A stretch of 64,000 nt of DNA from the human T2T-CHM13v2.0 reference genome, Homo sapiens: the NCBI RefSeq assembly GCF_009914755.1, contig NC_060930.1; one strand, given 5' to 3'. Under the pieces are notes generated by a model. The model was not told the origin of the DNA, made no database searches, and worked only from the letters and a program-made list of their open reading frames with translations. The stretch's first letter is position 1; each line of letters begins with the position of its first letter. The position numbers were made by a program, and so were the translations under genes. This document shows positions 60,520 through 64,000 of the stretch, piece by piece.

Positions 60520-63500
60520 TTCAACAAGAAACAACTTTGGATGGGTTCAAATAGGTACTCAGATGAACTCTAGAGTTTTGAGCTACAGAGCATTAGAAGA
60601 GTTAGTTTTCTCCAGAAATGATCACCATTCAAATAATTACCAGCTTTGGGAAAAGCATCTCTTTATTATGGAACCTAAAAGCGAATATTGGGTCCTTGAG
60701 CAAGACGTCTGACTAGAGGTGCCTGGTGTTAATCACCATCCCCCCCACACACGCACACACAAAAGGACCAAAAAGAACAGACAACTAAAATTTGACTAGA
60801 GCCTCTGAAGGAAAGTGATAGAGCGCAGAAAGCGAGTGGCCAATTCCCCATGGAGTATGGCAACCCAGGATGACGGCATAGAGGGGGAGCAAAACACCCT
60901 GACTCTGCTGCCCTGTCTCCCACTTTGAGCCAGGAGGCACTTCCCCTTGTGGGGAAAACGTAAGCCATAGGCCCCCAACAGTCCCCATTACCACTGCAGG
61001 CACATGCAGTCCTTCTCTGATAGAATTCTACAGTACTCATAGGCCCTGAGCCCAGTTTGTAGAGCCTCAAGGAATTTCCATGAAGCTGCAATGCTCCAGA
61101 GAATGAACAATGTGTGTACCCTCACCACCCCATGACCCAAGCTGCTATAGTATGGTGCCATCTTGAAATTGGAGCCAGTGCTTGAGTGCTCTGCTCAGGG
61201 GACCAGTAGCCACTTCATTTGTCCACTCTTGAGGCTCCACTGTCATTCCACCATGCTCACATGGGTGACTACAATGCCATGATCCCAGCTGCTCAGTGCC
61301 TGTGGCCAGGAACAGTTGTGGCTCTGGTGCCCACACCCATACAGCATGCTACCCCCCAAAAAAAAACAGATGGTCCTGTACAATGAGGGAGGCAGCCCTG
61401 GGCTGCTGCAGTACTACATGTCCTTGCTCCTGACTGGAAAAACAGCCCAGCAGACCCTCACCTGGCAGATCAGTGCCTGAACCAGTTGAACTGGCATGAA
61501 CCTGTGCCTTCAGTAGGAAAAAAAAAAGCTCAGCAAACCTGCCTTTACTAGGTTCACCCCCCAAGTCAACCTGAAAATCAGCCCATCAAGCCTAAACCTG
61601 GCTAAGCTGTACTCCTCTTGCCACAGACGTCTACAACCTAAGCCACTAAGGCACTCACAGACATGGCTGACATGGATTACAGCTGAAGAAATTGCATGGA
61701 GACTACATCATGTCTCCACCCAGAACCAAAGCCAACACACCCTACCCAACTAGCATAACACCCATATACAGGAATAAATCTTCCCCTAAAAAGCTACTCC
61801 ATAAAATTGGAACAGGTGACTATTCAACCAAATGTGCAGATTCAGCATAGGAACACAAATATGAAAAAGCAAGGAAACATGACATCCCCAGAGGAACACA
61901 ATAATTCTTCAGTGACAGAATCCAAAGAAGAGGAAATTTACAATATGCCCATAAAGAAATTCAAAATAATGGTTTCTTAAAAACAAAACTCAGCAAGATA
62001 CAAGAGAATACAGTTAAACAATTCAACAAAATCAGAAAAAAAATAGGAAATTCAACAAAGTTAGCATTTTTGGAAAGTGCAAACAGAAATCTTGGAACTG
62101 AAGAACTTAAATGAAAAATACAATTGAGAGTTTCAGCAACAGACTACATCAAGCAAAAGAAAGAATTTCTGAATTTGAAGGTAGATCTTTTGAAATAATC
62201 CAGCCAGAGGGTGGAAAAAAAATAAGAATAAAAAAGAATGAAGCAAACCTATGGAACTTAAGAGTTGCATTTAAATATACAAATATTCACATAATATTTA
62301 TAGAGGGTGAGAAGAGATGGAGGAAAGGCGCAGAAAACATATTTAATGAAATAGTAGCTGAAAATTGCTCAAGTTGGGAGAGATATGTATATTCAGATCC
62401 AGGAAGCTCTGGAGTTTCAAATAGATTAAATTCAAAAGGTCCTCTCCAAGACATATTATAATCAAACTGTCAGAAGTCAAAGAGAATTCTAAAAGCAGAA
62501 AAAGTGCCTTGTCACATGTAAGGGTATCTTCATTAGATTATCAACGGATTTCTCAGCAGAAGCCTTGCAGGTTAGTAGAGAATGGATGGTATAGTCAAAA
62601 TGCTGAAAGAACAAAACCTGTCAGCTAAGAATACTGTACCCAGCAAAGCTATCCTTCAGAAATGAACGTGAAATAAACTCTTTCCCAGACAAGGAAAAGC
62701 TGAGATAATTCATCACCACTAGATTGGCCTAACAAGAAATGATTATGCTGAGTCCTACAGCAAGAAGTGAAAAGCAGGTAATTACTGTCATGAAAACATC
62801 AGAAATTATAAAACTCACAGATAGAGATAAATTTGTAATCAAACTCGTAATACTCCAATACTATGATGATGCTGTGTAAATCTTTCAGACCTCAACTCTG
62901 AAGGTTAAAAGTCAAAATAGTAATAACTACAGCCACAAGTAGTTGTTAAGGAGCACCCAATAAATAAGGAGATATATAACAAAAATGTTACTTTGTTGAG
63001 AGAAGGGTTGAGAAATGTTGAGAGAAGGGTAAAAGTCTAGAATATTTTTATGCAGCTAAAGTTAAGTTGTTATCAGCTTAAAATAGTCTGTTGTAACCAC
63101 ATGATTATTTATGTTACACTCATGATAACCACCAAGAAATAAATCACAGCAGATGCACAAACAAGAAAGAGAAAGGAATCAAAACTTAGTACCATAGAAA
63201 AACCATCAAACCACAAAGCCAAACAAGAAAGGAAGAATGTAACAAAGGATACAGAAAAGCAAGAAAGCAGTTAACAAAATGGCAAGAGTAAGTTTTACCT
63301 GTCAGTAATTACCTTGAATGTAAGTGGATTAAATTTCCCAATTATAAAAGATATAGCATGAATGAAAAAAGAAAAACTTTATGCTACCTACTATAGGCTC
63401 ACGTCACTTGTACAGATACACATAGACTGAAAGTGAAAGTATGGAAAAAGATATTTCATGCAAACCGAAACCAAAAATGAGCAGGTTTATAAAATATCAG

Positions 63501-64000
63501 ATAAAATAGGCGTTAAATCAAAAACTGTAAAAAATGACCAAAAAAGTCATTATGTAACAATGAAGGGATCAATTTAGCATGAGGATTTAAGAATTACAAA
63601 TATATATGCATTGAACACTAGAGCACACAAATTATTACTACATCTAAAGGGAGAGAGAAACTGCAGTAGGTAAGTAGTAGAGGAATTCAACACCCTACTT
63701 TCAGCAATAGACACATCATCCAGGCAGAAAATCAGCAAAGAAACAATGGATTTAAATTGCAATGTAGACGAAGTGGATCTAACATACATTTATAGAATAT
63801 TCCATCCAATAGCTGCAGATGCATATTCTTCTGCACTGTGCATGGAACATTCTTGAGGAGAGATCATATGTTAGGTCAAGAGCAAGTATTAACACATGTG
63901 AGAAGATAGAGATCATATCAAGTAGCTTTTTTGGCCACAGTGGTATAAAACTAGAAATGATTAACAAGAGAAACTTTGGAAACTGTAAAAATACATGGAC
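60520..64000 (+). mobile_element. Old L1 (L1M2/L1MA-like) 5' half: GC-richer 5' UTR, degenerate ORF1 from 61861, inter-ORF spacer, ORF2 endonuclease from about 63279; runs off the window
   Basis: MKKQGNMTSPEEHNNS start at 61861; ORF 62111..62461 is ORF1-like; taccttgaatgtaagtggattaaat (TLNVxGLN) and gaattcaacaccctactttca (xFNTLLS) endonuclease motifs. Confidence 0.88.

Overview
This is AT-rich, CpG-depleted primate (almost certainly human) genomic DNA from inside one large + strand gene, STXBP5 (tomosyn-1, syntaxin-binding protein 5; Lgl/tomosyn WD40 family). I reconstructed seven consecutive internal coding exons by hand (532-613, 4456-4556, 25896-26030, 27571-27634, 32365-32448, 43373-43496, 56388-56466). 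All have AG/GT boundaries and compatible phases. They splice into one 669-nt open frame encoding part of the N-terminal WD40 propeller (FGRPGVECYCQHDSG...KVEFKTTRSG). The exon numbers 3-9 are from memory. The rest is intron, dense in Alu, L1, L2, MIR, MaLR/ERV LTRs and Tigger/Charlie DNA-transposon fossils, and almost every ORF in the supplied track is repeat-derived or chance. I found no convincing new multi-gene system. The best leads are local: (1) a U12-type branch site before the first exon; (2) an in-frame tandem acceptor at the last exon; (3) a 59-nt near-perfect palindrome with an adjacent inverted copy of its core; (4) a very young AluYa5 inside a twin-primed L1MA; (5) a 43-bp hairpin minisatellite inside Tigger3; (6) an L1PA with several microhomology deletions; (7) a non-repeat island with a nearly uninterrupted reading frame. 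Repeat subfamily names come from recalled consensus sequences, and repeat edges are approximate unless a TSD is given.
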